A DNA stretch of 36,534 nt, taken from positions 1 through 36,534 of the IMG/VR virus record IMGVR_UViG_3300028833_002293. One strand, 5' to 3'. Origin of the DNA: a virus (lineage: Duplodnaviria; Heunggongvirae; Uroviricota; Caudoviricetes). Each line of letters starts with the position of its first letter. The stretch's first letter is position 1. Position numbers and translations under genes: made by a program. Of this stretch, positions 6,707-15,678 are shown piece after piece. Below the pieces are notes generated by a model. The model did not search any database and was not told the DNA's origin. It saw nothing but the letters and a program-made list of their open reading frames with translations.

Positions 6707-7198
6707 TTAGCCAAAAAACGTCCCATCATTCTCTGGCCATCTATTCTGCGCCTCAAACACAAACTTGGGTTGCTGTATCTTAGGCACTAACCTCCTAGCA
6801 TCATGCTCACGTAAAGAATCAAGCAAGTTCTTATAAGTTGAACGTATATTAAGATTCTTAGTACCAGTGTAACATGTGATGTATACTGTACCTAAGTTCT
6901 TTATAATCTCTTTCTGATAAAACTCCATGTAAATACCATTCGTTTTCAAGAAATTATCAAATGCGTCCAACTGATAGAATGTACGTGGAACTTTACTTAG
7001 GTCAGACCACTCATAGAAATAAATCCTTACAGAGTCATCAGCATACTGGCTAGGAATCCTATGAACATTGTCCAATACACCACCGCCATATCTGTTACGA
7101 TAGTAATATGGTGAATGATTATAATCAGTCTTAGGACGCTTCCTCTCATTAATTAGAGATTGTCTAAACAAATCCCTTAAATCCTTACTTCTATTCAT
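6707..7198 (-). CDS. hypothetical protein, 163 aa
   Basis: ORF track; shares DLF N-terminus and IYFY...F..L..F domain with 7207-7926. Confidence 0.85.
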   Translation of the reverse strand: MNRSKDLRDLFRQSLINERKRPKTDYNHSPYYYRNRYGGGVLDNVHRIPSQYADDSVRIYFYEWSDLSKVPRTFYQLDAFDNFLKTNGIYMEFYQKEIIKNLGTVYITCYTGTKNLNIRSTYKNLLDSLREHDARRLVPKIQQPKFVFEAQNRWPENDGTFFG

Positions 7199-7206
7199 AG
7201 TCTATA

Positions 7207-7926
7207 TTAATCGCCTAATTCAGATTCTTCACAAGCATCATAAAACATTTCACCATAAGTGTGTTCACTCATAATCTCAAGTAATCCTATCTTCTCTGAC
7301 TCAGGATTCAAACAACAGTGACTCTCATATCTCCATGAAATATCAGCAGCTACCTCTGGGTCAACCCAATAGCCCATGTTTTCACAATAATCACTAAATT
7401 CTTTAAGTGAGTTAAATTCCAATTTATCATCCTTATAATGATAGTCTGGATAAAACCAAATCTCTTTCGACTCTGAATCATAGTCCTCAGTGGTGAAATC
7501 ATACTCATTTGGGTCAGTCTCATCCCCACTGTAAGGAACACTGATGTCAAATGTCTTGGATTTACTACCTTTCTTATTATGCTTGTGCTTACCCTTCTTG
7601 CCAAACTGCTCTTCACGCTCTTCTTGCCAAAAAGCATCGTATACAGTATTTTTATCTTTACCTTTCTTACCCTTTTTGGGCTTCATGTAAATAATATTGC
7701 TAGGAGGGAATACAACATCACCATCATCATCAAGGTCATCATCCCAACCAGGAAACATTTGGTCCCAATACTCTGCCATATCAGAATAGTCATCAAACAG
7801 ATAAGCTTCACGACCACCCATGCTTCTCTTTGGCTCTTTAGCTTTGCGAGACAAATATTCATGGAATAAATCAACCAAGTTAGGTCTAACCTTGTTCGGT
7901 ATCGTTATGTTAATCTTTTTCGACAT
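7207..7926 (-). CDS. hypothetical protein with alternating acidic and Lys-rich tracts, ~239 aa
   Basis: ATG 7926 after promoter 7955-7986. Confidence 0.85.
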   Translation of the reverse strand: MSKKINITIPNKVRPNLVDLFHEYLSRKAKEPKRSMGGREAYLFDDYSDMAEYWDQMFPGWDDDLDDDGDVVFPPSNIIYMKPKKGKKGKDKNTVYDAFWQEEREEQFGKKGKHKHNKKGSKSKTFDISVPYSGDETDPNEYDFTTEDYDSESKEIWFYPDYHYKDDKLEFNSLKEFSDYCENMGYWVDPEVAADISWRYESHCCLNPESEKIGLLEIMSEHTYGEMFYDACEESELGD

Positions 7927-7954
7927 ATTATTATGCACACTTTTTACTATAATG

Positions 7955-7986
7955 CAAATATATGAATTTTTTTTGAAATAACCAAA
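7955..7986 (-). promoter_or_regulatory. sigmaA-type promoter
   Basis: TTTG-N20-TATATTTG. Confidence 0.8.
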
Positions 7987-8385
7987 TTTTTTAAGTAAAA
8001 TTAACGCTGGAATAATTTTTGAAAATTTTTCTGGAAAATATAGACAACAGTTTTTTTCTTACATTTTTACTATTTTTTGTGCATGTTTTTATACATTAAC
8101 CTTGTAACTTACTTTATCTCAGTTCTTTAAAAATTTAAAAGAAAATTTTTATATAAATGCCTAATGAATACGCCTACTTATACACAATTTTTTCGTTAAT
8201 TTCAAGTAAAAAAAATCTCTCTGATTATCAGATAGTTACAAAGGTTTTTTAAAAATTTTTTTAGTAGTATTAAATTATTACCAGGCGTGCTGAGACATAT
8301 GGTTTATAGTTCAGCTATTTTCACTTCCCTTTCTTCGTCAAAATAGTTGTTATAGTCATGTTCTTTTATGGGGTAAAATTCATTT

Positions 8386-8880
8386 TCAATATTTGTTTTC
8401 TTTACAATAGATTTTTATATTATTTATACCTCTTTTTATAGTATCTTTTACATTGTTTTGTGTATATTGTCCGTACATTCTTCTTAGTTGTTCTTCTCTA
8501 TCGTTATAGTTATTATGTATTGCTTTTTCTAGTTTATTATTATGGTATATTAGTGTTATTATATCTTTATATTTTTGTCGTAGTTGGTATGGGTCTGTTG
8601 TGAAAAAGTATAGGTCTGTATCTCCATAGACTATTGAGTTATTTTTGATATTGTCTATGAGGTTTTGTGTAACTTGTACGAATCTCAAAATGTGTGAGTT
8701 TTCTAGTTTTAGTACCATTAGGAAATATTTTGGGTCTTCTATGTTGATATTGGGGAATATGACTTGTGTAATGGTAGCTTTTCTAGGTTCTATAGTATTA
8801 CATCCGATTTTTGTAATAACATATAGTACATTACCTTCTGTGAGCATATAGAATTTATTTAGTGTCTTAGGAATAATCAT
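8386..8880 (-). CDS. hypothetical protein, 164 aa
   Basis: ORF track; tightly packed operon. Confidence 0.8.
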   Translation of the reverse strand: MIIPKTLNKFYMLTEGNVLYVITKIGCNTIEPRKATITQVIFPNINIEDPKYFLMVLKLENSHILRFVQVTQNLIDNIKNNSIVYGDTDLYFFTTDPYQLRQKYKDIITLIYHNNKLEKAIHNNYNDREEQLRRMYGQYTQNNVKDTIKRGINNIKIYCKENKY

Positions 8881-8881
8881 A

Positions 8882-9289
8882 TCAATGCAATTGTTTAATT
8901 TTTTTCATTGAATCCCTATAGTAGGCAGCAGTTCGTAGTTTTGATTGAAAGTGGTTTGTGCCAGCGCAAAAGAATGGGTATGTTGAATATTTTGTTATTT
9001 GTGCTTTTACTGCTTTCATAAGTGCTTGTTTATTTGGTAGTGTGATGTATTCTTCTCCACCTAGCTTGATAAAGTATGGTGAATTGGATTCTTTTACGTT
9101 TCGTCTTTCATATATGGTTGTATATGAAATAAAATGAGAGTTGGGTATGGAGTATTTCATTTGGAAGATACCTTCTATATTTCCCCTAATGGCATCTATG
9201 TTTACCTTATTGAGTCCATAGATTTTTCCAGTTCTTGATATTCTCATTTGGTAGAATGTTTTTCCTTCCTTTATATCTATTACTTTCAT
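8882..9289 (-). CDS. hypothetical basic protein, 135 aa
   Basis: ORF track. Confidence 0.8.
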   Translation of the reverse strand: MKVIDIKEGKTFYQMRISRTGKIYGLNKVNIDAIRGNIEGIFQMKYSIPNSHFISYTTIYERRNVKESNSPYFIKLGGEEYITLPNKQALMKAVKAQITKYSTYPFFCAGTNHFQSKLRTAAYYRDSMKKIKQLH

Positions 9290-9298
9290 AGTTTATTA

Positions 9299-9745
9299 TT
9301 ACATGAGATGTTGTTTTATTTTGTTCAAGTATTGTTTATACATTTCTTGTATGTCCTTACTGTATCCTTTTGGATATACTAGTCCTTCTGTTTGTTTTAC
9401 AATATTGTATTGTTTTTTAAAAAACTTACGAATCAGTTGTGTCATTGTGGCTAGGTCGAATGCGATATAGTTAAGTTGGGATATATAGTGTAGGTTGAAT
9501 TTAATGTAGTGGTTTCCCACGTATATCTCTTCCTCTGGGTTTGCTAACAGTGATACAATTGGTTTATCCACGTATGTATATATATCTTGCAAGTGTGGGT
9601 GGATAACGAATTGGTCTTCCATAGAGAGGTATTTAGATTTCTCTAGTTTGGAATACTTTGTTTTTGCCACCAAGATATGATTAGTTATAGTATTGATTAC
9701 TACAACGTAGTGTGGTATATTTAGGTTTACATCTTTGAGTTTCAT
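9299..9745 (-). CDS. hypothetical protein, 148 aa
   Basis: ORF track; TAATG coupling. Confidence 0.8.
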   Translation of the reverse strand: MKLKDVNLNIPHYVVVINTITNHILVAKTKYSKLEKSKYLSMEDQFVIHPHLQDIYTYVDKPIVSLLANPEEEIYVGNHYIKFNLHYISQLNYIAFDLATMTQLIRKFFKKQYNIVKQTEGLVYPKGYSKDIQEMYKQYLNKIKQHLM

Positions 9746-9984
9746 TAGTCTTCAATTCCGTTAATGATATTTTCTATGCTCCTTACGGTTGTCTCTAGCA
9801 TAAACGCTCCATATTTATCTAGGTATTTATGTGTAGATTCTCTTGCGTTGATTGCTTCATTGATGGTATATTTCTTATCTTCAACGAATTGGTCGAAGGG
9901 TTTGAAATAGTCTTTCATCAGTGTTGCCACATTCTGGATATTTTTCAGTTTTTCTAGAATGAGTTTTTCTTTAACGTCATCCAT
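9745..9984 (-). CDS. hypothetical protein, 79 aa
   Basis: ORF track. Confidence 0.75.
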   Translation of the reverse strand: MDDVKEKLILEKLKNIQNVATLMKDYFKPFDQFVEDKKYTINEAINARESTHKYLDKYGAFMLETTVRSIENIINGIED

Positions 9985-9992
9985 ATAGGCAA

Positions 9993-10445
9993 TTATATTT
10001 CTTTTAGTTTCTCGTGTAATGTTTTGAAATAGCTATACATTTTTTTGAGTTCTGCTATATATATGTTTTTAGTTGCTTTTAATGTGTCTAGTGTTGTAAT
10101 GCTCTTGAAATAATATTTCTCAGTCCTCATTAGCATTGTTCTAACAGCATCTAGTAATATTTTCTTATCGCTAGCTATTATCCTAGTATTATTGAATAGG
10201 ATTGCGAACATATTTGGTTTTTCGCTTTTATACAGAATCTCCACTTCTAGGAGTCGTTTACTTATAAGGTGTTCTTTGTCATTTACAGAGCCTTTAACTA
10301 GTGTGGCTACGTTACCGCTTACAGAGAATAGGAGTATATCATTTGTCTTACTAATTTGGATGTCTCTAGTATAGGTGTGTGCTATAATGTCTTCAATTGA
10401 CAATAGGTATAGTGGTTTTGTATTGTCTTTATTAATCCAAATCAT
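9993..10445 (-). CDS. hypothetical protein, 150 aa
   Basis: ORF track; ATGA coupling. Confidence 0.8.
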   Translation of the reverse strand: MIWINKDNTKPLYLLSIEDIIAHTYTRDIQISKTNDILLFSVSGNVATLVKGSVNDKEHLISKRLLEVEILYKSEKPNMFAILFNNTRIIASDKKILLDAVRTMLMRTEKYYFKSITTLDTLKATKNIYIAELKKMYSYFKTLHEKLKEI

Positions 10446-10912
10446 AGTTTTTTGATTCTTTCTATGAGGTGTTTATATTGGGCTTCAGATTCTTTAATTC
10501 TTTGTTTAAGTCTTCCTATCTCTATTTTAGCCCAACAATACTCGTAATCTGAATGTATTGTTTGTGAACCTATGTTGGTGAGGTATTGTTCTGTTCTTTT
10601 CATTGCGGCATCAAGAACGCCTCTGTGTTTTTTAGCTGCTTCTCTATAATATATGCACAGTTCTTCTTTAGAGGTAGCATACACTTTTCGTCCTATGAAG
10701 AGTTTGCCTTTATGCTTTGGTGTTTGTTCTTTTACCATTCCTAGACAGTATATATCTAATGTATCTCCCACTAAGGCATAGATGTTATTACTTTTCTTAT
10801 CCTTATGTGATTTAGAAAATTGAACAATGTTTTCTACCTTACCAATTGAATTAGAAAATAGAAAATTTTGGTCACACCCACTGTTTTCCCTATATCCCCA
10901 ATATAATGTCAT
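10442..10912 (-). CDS. hypothetical protein, 156 aa, C-terminal coiled coil
   Basis: ORF track. Confidence 0.8.
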   Translation of the reverse strand: MTLYWGYRENSGCDQNFLFSNSIGKVENIVQFSKSHKDKKSNNIYALVGDTLDIYCLGMVKEQTPKHKGKLFIGRKVYATSKEELCIYYREAAKKHRGVLDAAMKRTEQYLTNIGSQTIHSDYEYCWAKIEIGRLKQRIKESEAQYKHLIERIKKL

Positions 10913-10974
10913 ATTTTTTTCAGTTTTTTTACAAAATTTTTATATGATTCCATAACGTATTTAGGCTGTGCCAT
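10909..10974 (-). CDS. micro-ORF, 21 aa (MAQPKYVMESYKNFVKKLKKI)
   Basis: Hand-translated; fills the gap exactly, TGA overlaps next ATG. Confidence 0.5.
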   Translation of the reverse strand: MAQPKYVMESYKNFVKKLKKI

Positions 10975-10984
10975 TATATTTTGT

Positions 10985-11467
10985 TCAAGCCAATGTGAAT
11001 TGTGACAGTAGCTTCATGTTATGTACGAATACTTGGTATCTGTCAGTTACTTTATATTTTGCTGCTGCAAAGAAATTTGGGTCATATTCATCACCAAATG
11101 CGTCTTTCAAGCGTTTATAGACATTCATTTCATTATCTATGTCAGCTTCCATCTTCTTACACATTTCCCTCATTTTATTCTTTAGGAATTTTTGTGTGGT
11201 TGATAGATAGCCTCTTGTGAATTTTACTGACAGTTCAATATCATTTTCTTCAATTTTTACAATCTGTCCTAATTCTTTTATACACTCTTCTCCGTTTAGG
11301 TCATAGATGAGATAATGCACAGTACCCTTATCGTTTGTGATAATGCGTATTGGCTTATCTATTTTAATAACCTTTGGAGGCATTAATTTGCTATTGAATT
11401 CTCTCCAAGGTAGTGATTCTATCTTGGAGAAAAATATGGATTGGTGTTTATTGTTTGTCCAGCGCAT
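10985..11467 (-). CDS. hypothetical protein, 160 aa
   Basis: ORF track. Confidence 0.8.
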   Translation of the reverse strand: MRWTNNKHQSIFFSKIESLPWREFNSKLMPPKVIKIDKPIRIITNDKGTVHYLIYDLNGEECIKELGQIVKIEENDIELSVKFTRGYLSTTQKFLKNKMREMCKKMEADIDNEMNVYKRLKDAFGDEYDPNFFAAAKYKVTDRYQVFVHNMKLLSQFTLA

Positions 11468-11468
11468 A

Positions 11469-11558
11469 TTATTTATCGTCTAATTCTCTGAATACGATTA
11501 TTCCGATGAATGCCACAACGAAAAATATGCACATGATTCTAATAGCCATCATAAACAT
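11469..11558 (-). CDS. small membrane peptide, ~29 aa (MFMMAIRIMCIFFVVAFIGIIVFRELDDK)
   Basis: Hydrophobic stretch; shortened from the track ORF to avoid ~80-nt overlap; exact Met uncertain. Confidence 0.55.
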   Translation of the reverse strand: MFMMAIRIMCIFFVVAFIGIIVFRELDDK

Positions 11559-11571
11559 AGTTGTATTGTAT

Positions 11572-11895
11572 TTAGAGTGAATAGACCTTGCTGTGGATGA
11601 ATTCGAGCATATTTTTTGATACCTCGTTGATGAAGAGGTTGCACCAAACTCCATTACGATTCTTTACGTTTACTCTAACGCTATCATTATTTGTAATGGC
11701 ATCAAATGAAGGTGTGTCATTTGTAACGCTCACACAGACAACTTCCATATCATCGTAATCAGAATTGATATTGATGCGTTTAGTATACACTTTGTCTTCC
11801 ATTGGATTATCGCCAAATATATCAGCTTTGGAAGACTCCACACCGTTATTGATAACGGCTTCAAAAATTGATTGTTTTAATTCGTTAATATTCAT
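11572..11895 (-). CDS. hypothetical protein, 107 aa
   Basis: ORF track. Confidence 0.8.
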   Translation of the reverse strand: MNINELKQSIFEAVINNGVESSKADIFGDNPMEDKVYTKRININSDYDDMEVVCVSVTNDTPSFDAITNNDSVRVNVKNRNGVWCNLFINEVSKNMLEFIHSKVYSL

Positions 11896-11924
11896 AATTG
11901 TTATAATTGTGTTTTATATTTTTA

Positions 11925-12308
11925 TTATCCCCATGTTTCTAGTGGTTTCTTGAGTTTTACGTTTTTGGGATTTGTTAGATGTTTGTCCAATTCCAATACG
12001 TTAAAGTCGTAGATATATGCTATAGGTACTCCGAAGAAATATCTTATATTGTGTTTATCTCTCTTTCTTTTATTGAGTCCATATACACAATCTATTTTGA
12101 GTCCCAACGAGATAATGTATGAGCATTTATTTAGGAAGTTGTTATATAAACCATATGGTGCTATATGTTGATAATTACTATATGCCACTATCATGCACAT
12201 TTTCTTGAACATATAGTAATCATTGATACCATATGTTTTTTTTATCTTATACGCAAGGTCTATGGTATCAAGGTATTCTTCGTGAGTTATATAGTTTTCT
12301 AGTCTCAT
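11925..12308 (-). CDS. hypothetical protein, 127 aa (paralogue of 12324-12701)
   Basis: YGINDYYMFKKMCMIV ... YFFGV. Confidence 0.85.
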   Translation of the reverse strand: MRLENYITHEEYLDTIDLAYKIKKTYGINDYYMFKKMCMIVAYSNYQHIAPYGLYNNFLNKCSYIISLGLKIDCVYGLNKRKRDKHNIRYFFGVPIAYIYDFNVLELDKHLTNPKNVKLKKPLETWG

Positions 12309-12323
12309 AGTTAAATTATTTTA

Positions 12324-12701
12324 TTAGAATGGAAATTGTTGTATTTCTTGGACTTTTAACATTTCTTCTCTTTTATTAGCCATCATATCTCTAACCTCAT
12401 TAAGAGAAGATTCACAGATAAATTTTTTAGTAACGCAAAAGAAATAGTCTGTCATTTCTCTATCTTTGAAACCGAATGTATTAATGGGAGATATATGGCA
12501 TAATTTAATTAAGTCATGTGCTGTATTAATAAACATTTGATAATTTATATATCCGTCAAGACCATGTATAAAACCTACCACCATCACCATTTTCTTAAAA
12601 AGGCAATAGTCATCTTGGCCAAACACAGTTTTAGTCATTTTTAGAACTTGCATTGTTGTTCTCCATTCTGATGGAGTTAATACATCTTTTAGTACAATCA
12701 T
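12324..12701 (-). CDS. hypothetical protein, 125 aa (paralogue of 11925-12308)
   Basis: FGQDDYCLFKKMVMVV ... YFFCV. Confidence 0.85.
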   Translation of the reverse strand: MIVLKDVLTPSEWRTTMQVLKMTKTVFGQDDYCLFKKMVMVVGFIHGLDGYINYQMFINTAHDLIKLCHISPINTFGFKDREMTDYFFCVTKKFICESSLNEVRDMMANKREEMLKVQEIQQFPF

Positions 12702-13261
12702 GCCATTTCAGCTATTTCCTCGTCTGTGAGGGCTTTTTGATACTGTGGTTTACCATCTTCAACCTTTCCCCCAAAATGAGAGAAATGTGACTTAAATAGA
12801 GAGCATAGTTTTCTTTTTGCAATTGTTTCTCTGCAAGCTATACGTTTGTTATCATAGATGATAACTTCTTCTTGGCTGCAAAGGTTATCTGGTTCTGATT
12901 TCAGTTTATACTGTATTTGAGCAATTTCGAATCCTTTCAGTTGGTAGAAATAGTTTCTAAGGTCATTGAAAGCACCACGAACAACTTCAGGAGCCAATAG
13001 GTCTGTATCAATCCATATTTCCTCTTCTGGAGTTTCTTTCAATGGCATTTCCATTGAGAACTCATTGGTCTTTATCATCAGTTGTTTGATGTGTTTCACG
13101 TGGGCTTCTATGAATGATATGCCGATGCGTCTGAAGCCAGTGATATACATATCTTTCTTGATTCTGATTGGTGCTACCTCAATACCAGTTACAAACATAT
13201 CTGTAACTTGGTTAAGGTATTTGAAAAATTCAACCAATCCTATGTCGTTATTTTCTATCAT
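12698..13261 (-). CDS. hypothetical protein, 187 aa
   Basis: ORF track; ATGA coupling. Confidence 0.85.
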   Translation of the reverse strand: MIENNDIGLVEFFKYLNQVTDMFVTGIEVAPIRIKKDMYITGFRRIGISFIEAHVKHIKQLMIKTNEFSMEMPLKETPEEEIWIDTDLLAPEVVRGAFNDLRNYFYQLKGFEIAQIQYKLKSEPDNLCSQEEVIIYDNKRIACRETIAKRKLCSLFKSHFSHFGGKVEDGKPQYQKALTDEEIAEMA

Positions 13262-13263
13262 TA

Positions 13264-13530
13264 TTATTTTGTTATGTTTCTAATAGCATTATATATGTAG
13301 TCTATAACTTCAGATACATCTTGGTTGGTCACATTACCACCTTTTGCTTGATAATCATTATCCATTTTAACTTTCACATTATCCATTAAGCGATAAATCA
13401 TTCTCCAAGCGTTAACTGATTGTCCACGCACAAGATTTGCTTCTCCTTGAGGGTTTGTAGGTACTAAATCCATTTCAGAAAGCACTTTTTTCTCACTTTC
13501 TTCTATAATTTTGTTAATATTTCTATTCAT
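13264..13530 (-). CDS. hypothetical protein, ~88 aa
   Basis: ATG 13530 lies 1 nt after upstream stop. Confidence 0.75.
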   Translation of the reverse strand: MNRNINKIIEESEKKVLSEMDLVPTNPQGEANLVRGQSVNAWRMIYRLMDNVKVKMDNDYQAKGGNVTNQDVSEVIDYIYNAIRNITK

Positions 13531-13531
13531 A

Positions 13532-13759
13532 TTACAATTCCCAATTATAATCAATCATTAATATTTCTTTTAGGTTTTTTCTAATTTTATTTTTAGTTAG
13601 TCCTTGCGGAAAATTATCATACATATATTTGATTATGATGAATTTCTCTAGGTCAAAATCATAAAATCCTCTTAGGACATTATGTTTGCCGCATGAGAGT
13701 TTGCAGAATATTCTGCTACCACTCTCGTTGCTTCCAATTGTGCTGAACTTAAACTTCAT
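13532..13759 (-). CDS. hypothetical protein, 75 aa
   Basis: ORF track. Confidence 0.7.
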   Translation of the reverse strand: MKFKFSTIGSNESGSRIFCKLSCGKHNVLRGFYDFDLEKFIIIKYMYDNFPQGLTKNKIRKNLKEILMIDYNWEL

Positions 13760-14102
13760 ATTTTACTAATGCCTTATCCAATGCATCAGCATAGAATTTA
13801 ATCCATGCTGCCAGATGCAATTTGCCATTATCTACTGTTGTGGCTGTGAGGTCTTGCAGTATACTGTCAATCCCCCATATATTTCGTTCAAGTTTCTCCA
13901 ATAGTATTTTAAGCTCCATGTCGTTCTTTTCGCATGAAGCAATAAGGTCATCAACCATTACAGCATTTAAATTAGTGGTGACGCTTTTTAAAGATGCTTT
14001 TTGATGCGATATATTACCACTTGTTAATTTTTTAACTCTATCTACAAGATTATCAAGTATTTGCTGAGTTGTTCTTGCTTTTTCCAATTTACACTTTTCC
14101 AT
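13749..14102 (-). CDS. hypothetical helical protein, 117 aa
   Basis: ATG 4 nt after -7 box. Confidence 0.8.
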   Translation of the reverse strand: MEKCKLEKARTTQQILDNLVDRVKKLTSGNISHQKASLKSVTTNLNAVMVDDLIASCEKNDMELKILLEKLERNIWGIDSILQDLTATTVDNGKLHLAAWIKFYADALDKALVKYEV

Positions 14103-14106
14103 AATG

Positions 14107-14138
14107 CAAATATATCAAAAAAAATGCTCAAAAGCAAA
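14107..14138 (-). promoter_or_regulatory. sigmaA-type promoter overlapping terminator
   Basis: TTTG-N20-TATATTTG. Confidence 0.8.
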
Positions 14139-14155
14139 AAAGCCTTGAGCATTTT
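14121..14155 (-). terminator. intrinsic terminator
   Basis: AAAATGCTCAA...TTGAGCATTTT stem followed by T-run. Confidence 0.75.
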
Positions 14156-14180
14156 AGTCATATTTAACAAATGTTAACTA

Positions 14181-15677
14181 TTATTTTCCTAATAGTCGTT
14201 CTTTGAGGGATTTTAGAAAATCAATTAATCTAATCATTTCCTCTCTTTCTATAAGTCGGTATTCTTTCCACCAGTTTTTTACCTCACTTGCATCAACAAG
14301 AATTGCAGATATTCTATTAAGAGCCTTAGTATCTTCTTCACTCCACTCTTGTTTCGGCTGTATCCTGTCTTTGAGAGATTTGAACCAATTATAGACATCA
14401 AATTCTCCGCTATTTTTACCATTATTCCCACAAGAGTTTTTTATATGCCATAATGCAGAATTATAAAGTTTTTCATCCTCTTCACTCCACTCTTGCTTTG
14501 GTTGAGGCTGTACTCTGTCTTTGAGAGATTTGAGCCAATGTTGTATTTTCTTACGAAACTCTTTTGATAATATATCTTTATCACCGATTTTTATTTCAGA
14601 GAAAAGTATATCTAAGTTTTTAACATAATCATTAAGTGCTTCTACAATTTCTTCATCTTCTTCACTCCAAGCAGGCTTCTGCTCAATCTTCTTCAACTCT
14701 TTCTTATCAGCATCCAATTCATAACATGCTTCTTTCATTACCATGAATAGAATTTCTTTTTGTTCTTTTGTTGCTGGAATAATATTATCTGGATAATCAA
14801 TATTTTCATTAATACCATAATCCTCTACACCATTAGAACATTTTGTTAGTACAAAGAAAGATGTATCAAGATTTTCAAACAATAATATTCTATCAAATTT
14901 AATTCCGTCTGAATACTTAACATTTCCCGTATAAAAAAGCACATCACCTTTCTTTGCATCTTGGATAGTCCAAAGATACATAGCAAGGTCACTTGTATAA
15001 ACGCTTTCATTTCTTGTGTACCCATCTTCTAAATCCAACAAAAGATATGTATCATAATTGGTGATTGCAGTAACTTTGTAAATATGCCTTCTGTCTTCTT
15101 CATCAGATACAAGTATATCGCCAACCTTGAACTTTGGCTCAACCTTATCAGTAAGGTTTTGTTCACTTCTTTTCATCTGGCAAGAACCTTTGCCTTGCTT
15201 TTCAAGCCAAGTTTGTTTCTTGAAAATTGTGTATAATTGGCAAGGAGTTATATGATACGTTTTGCCAAGAAGATTATTACTTCTTACGATATACCTATCG
15301 TCACCTACATATTCAAGCCAATAAGTATTCCCTTCTTTGAAATCAAGAAAATCTGCATGACATTTAATAAACCCATTACCTACATAATCACCCTTCTCTT
15401 TCTCTGCCTCATCATAGTTTTCAAGATATTCAGCTTGCTCTTCGAGCCAATCAATCCATCTTGCTCTTTCATTATCATCATCGTGAACATTATAAAGATA
15501 ATTGAGCAACTCTTTCCTTATCCTCTCACTCTCTTTGAGTTCTGGGAAAATTTTAGTTATATCTTCTTTCATTATTTCGCATTTTTCTTCATGAATACCT
15601 TTTAAAAGTCCTCTTAGTTTTTCAATAGCCTCGTCATAACGTTTTGCTTTTTCTTCAATCTTTTTTTTATCTGTCAT
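14181..15677 (-). CDS. mosaic repeat protein, 498 aa (KAKRYDEA/ESERIRK N-terminus, PKFKVGD SH3-like module, three WSEED repeats)
   Basis: Three [AE]WSEED...[WF]LKSLK[DE]R units; DNA-level repeats around 14341-14387 and 14485-14537. Confidence 0.9.
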   Translation of the reverse strand: MTDKKKIEEKAKRYDEAIEKLRGLLKGIHEEKCEIMKEDITKIFPELKESERIRKELLNYLYNVHDDDNERARWIDWLEEQAEYLENYDEAEKEKGDYVGNGFIKCHADFLDFKEGNTYWLEYVGDDRYIVRSNNLLGKTYHITPCQLYTIFKKQTWLEKQGKGSCQMKRSEQNLTDKVEPKFKVGDILVSDEEDRRHIYKVTAITNYDTYLLLDLEDGYTRNESVYTSDLAMYLWTIQDAKKGDVLFYTGNVKYSDGIKFDRILLFENLDTSFFVLTKCSNGVEDYGINENIDYPDNIIPATKEQKEILFMVMKEACYELDADKKELKKIEQKPAWSEEDEEIVEALNDYVKNLDILFSEIKIGDKDILSKEFRKKIQHWLKSLKDRVQPQPKQEWSEEDEKLYNSALWHIKNSCGNNGKNSGEFDVYNWFKSLKDRIQPKQEWSEEDTKALNRISAILVDASEVKNWWKEYRLIEREEMIRLIDFLKSLKERLLGK

Positions 15678-15678
15678 A

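Noticed and set aside
8304-8414. Protein-like open frame KSIVKKTNIENEFYPIKEHDYNNYFDEEREVKIAEL overlapping the end of 8386-8880
   Set aside because: No ATG/GTG/TTG start and no clear slippery site, so it cannot be supported as a gene or a programmed frameshift.
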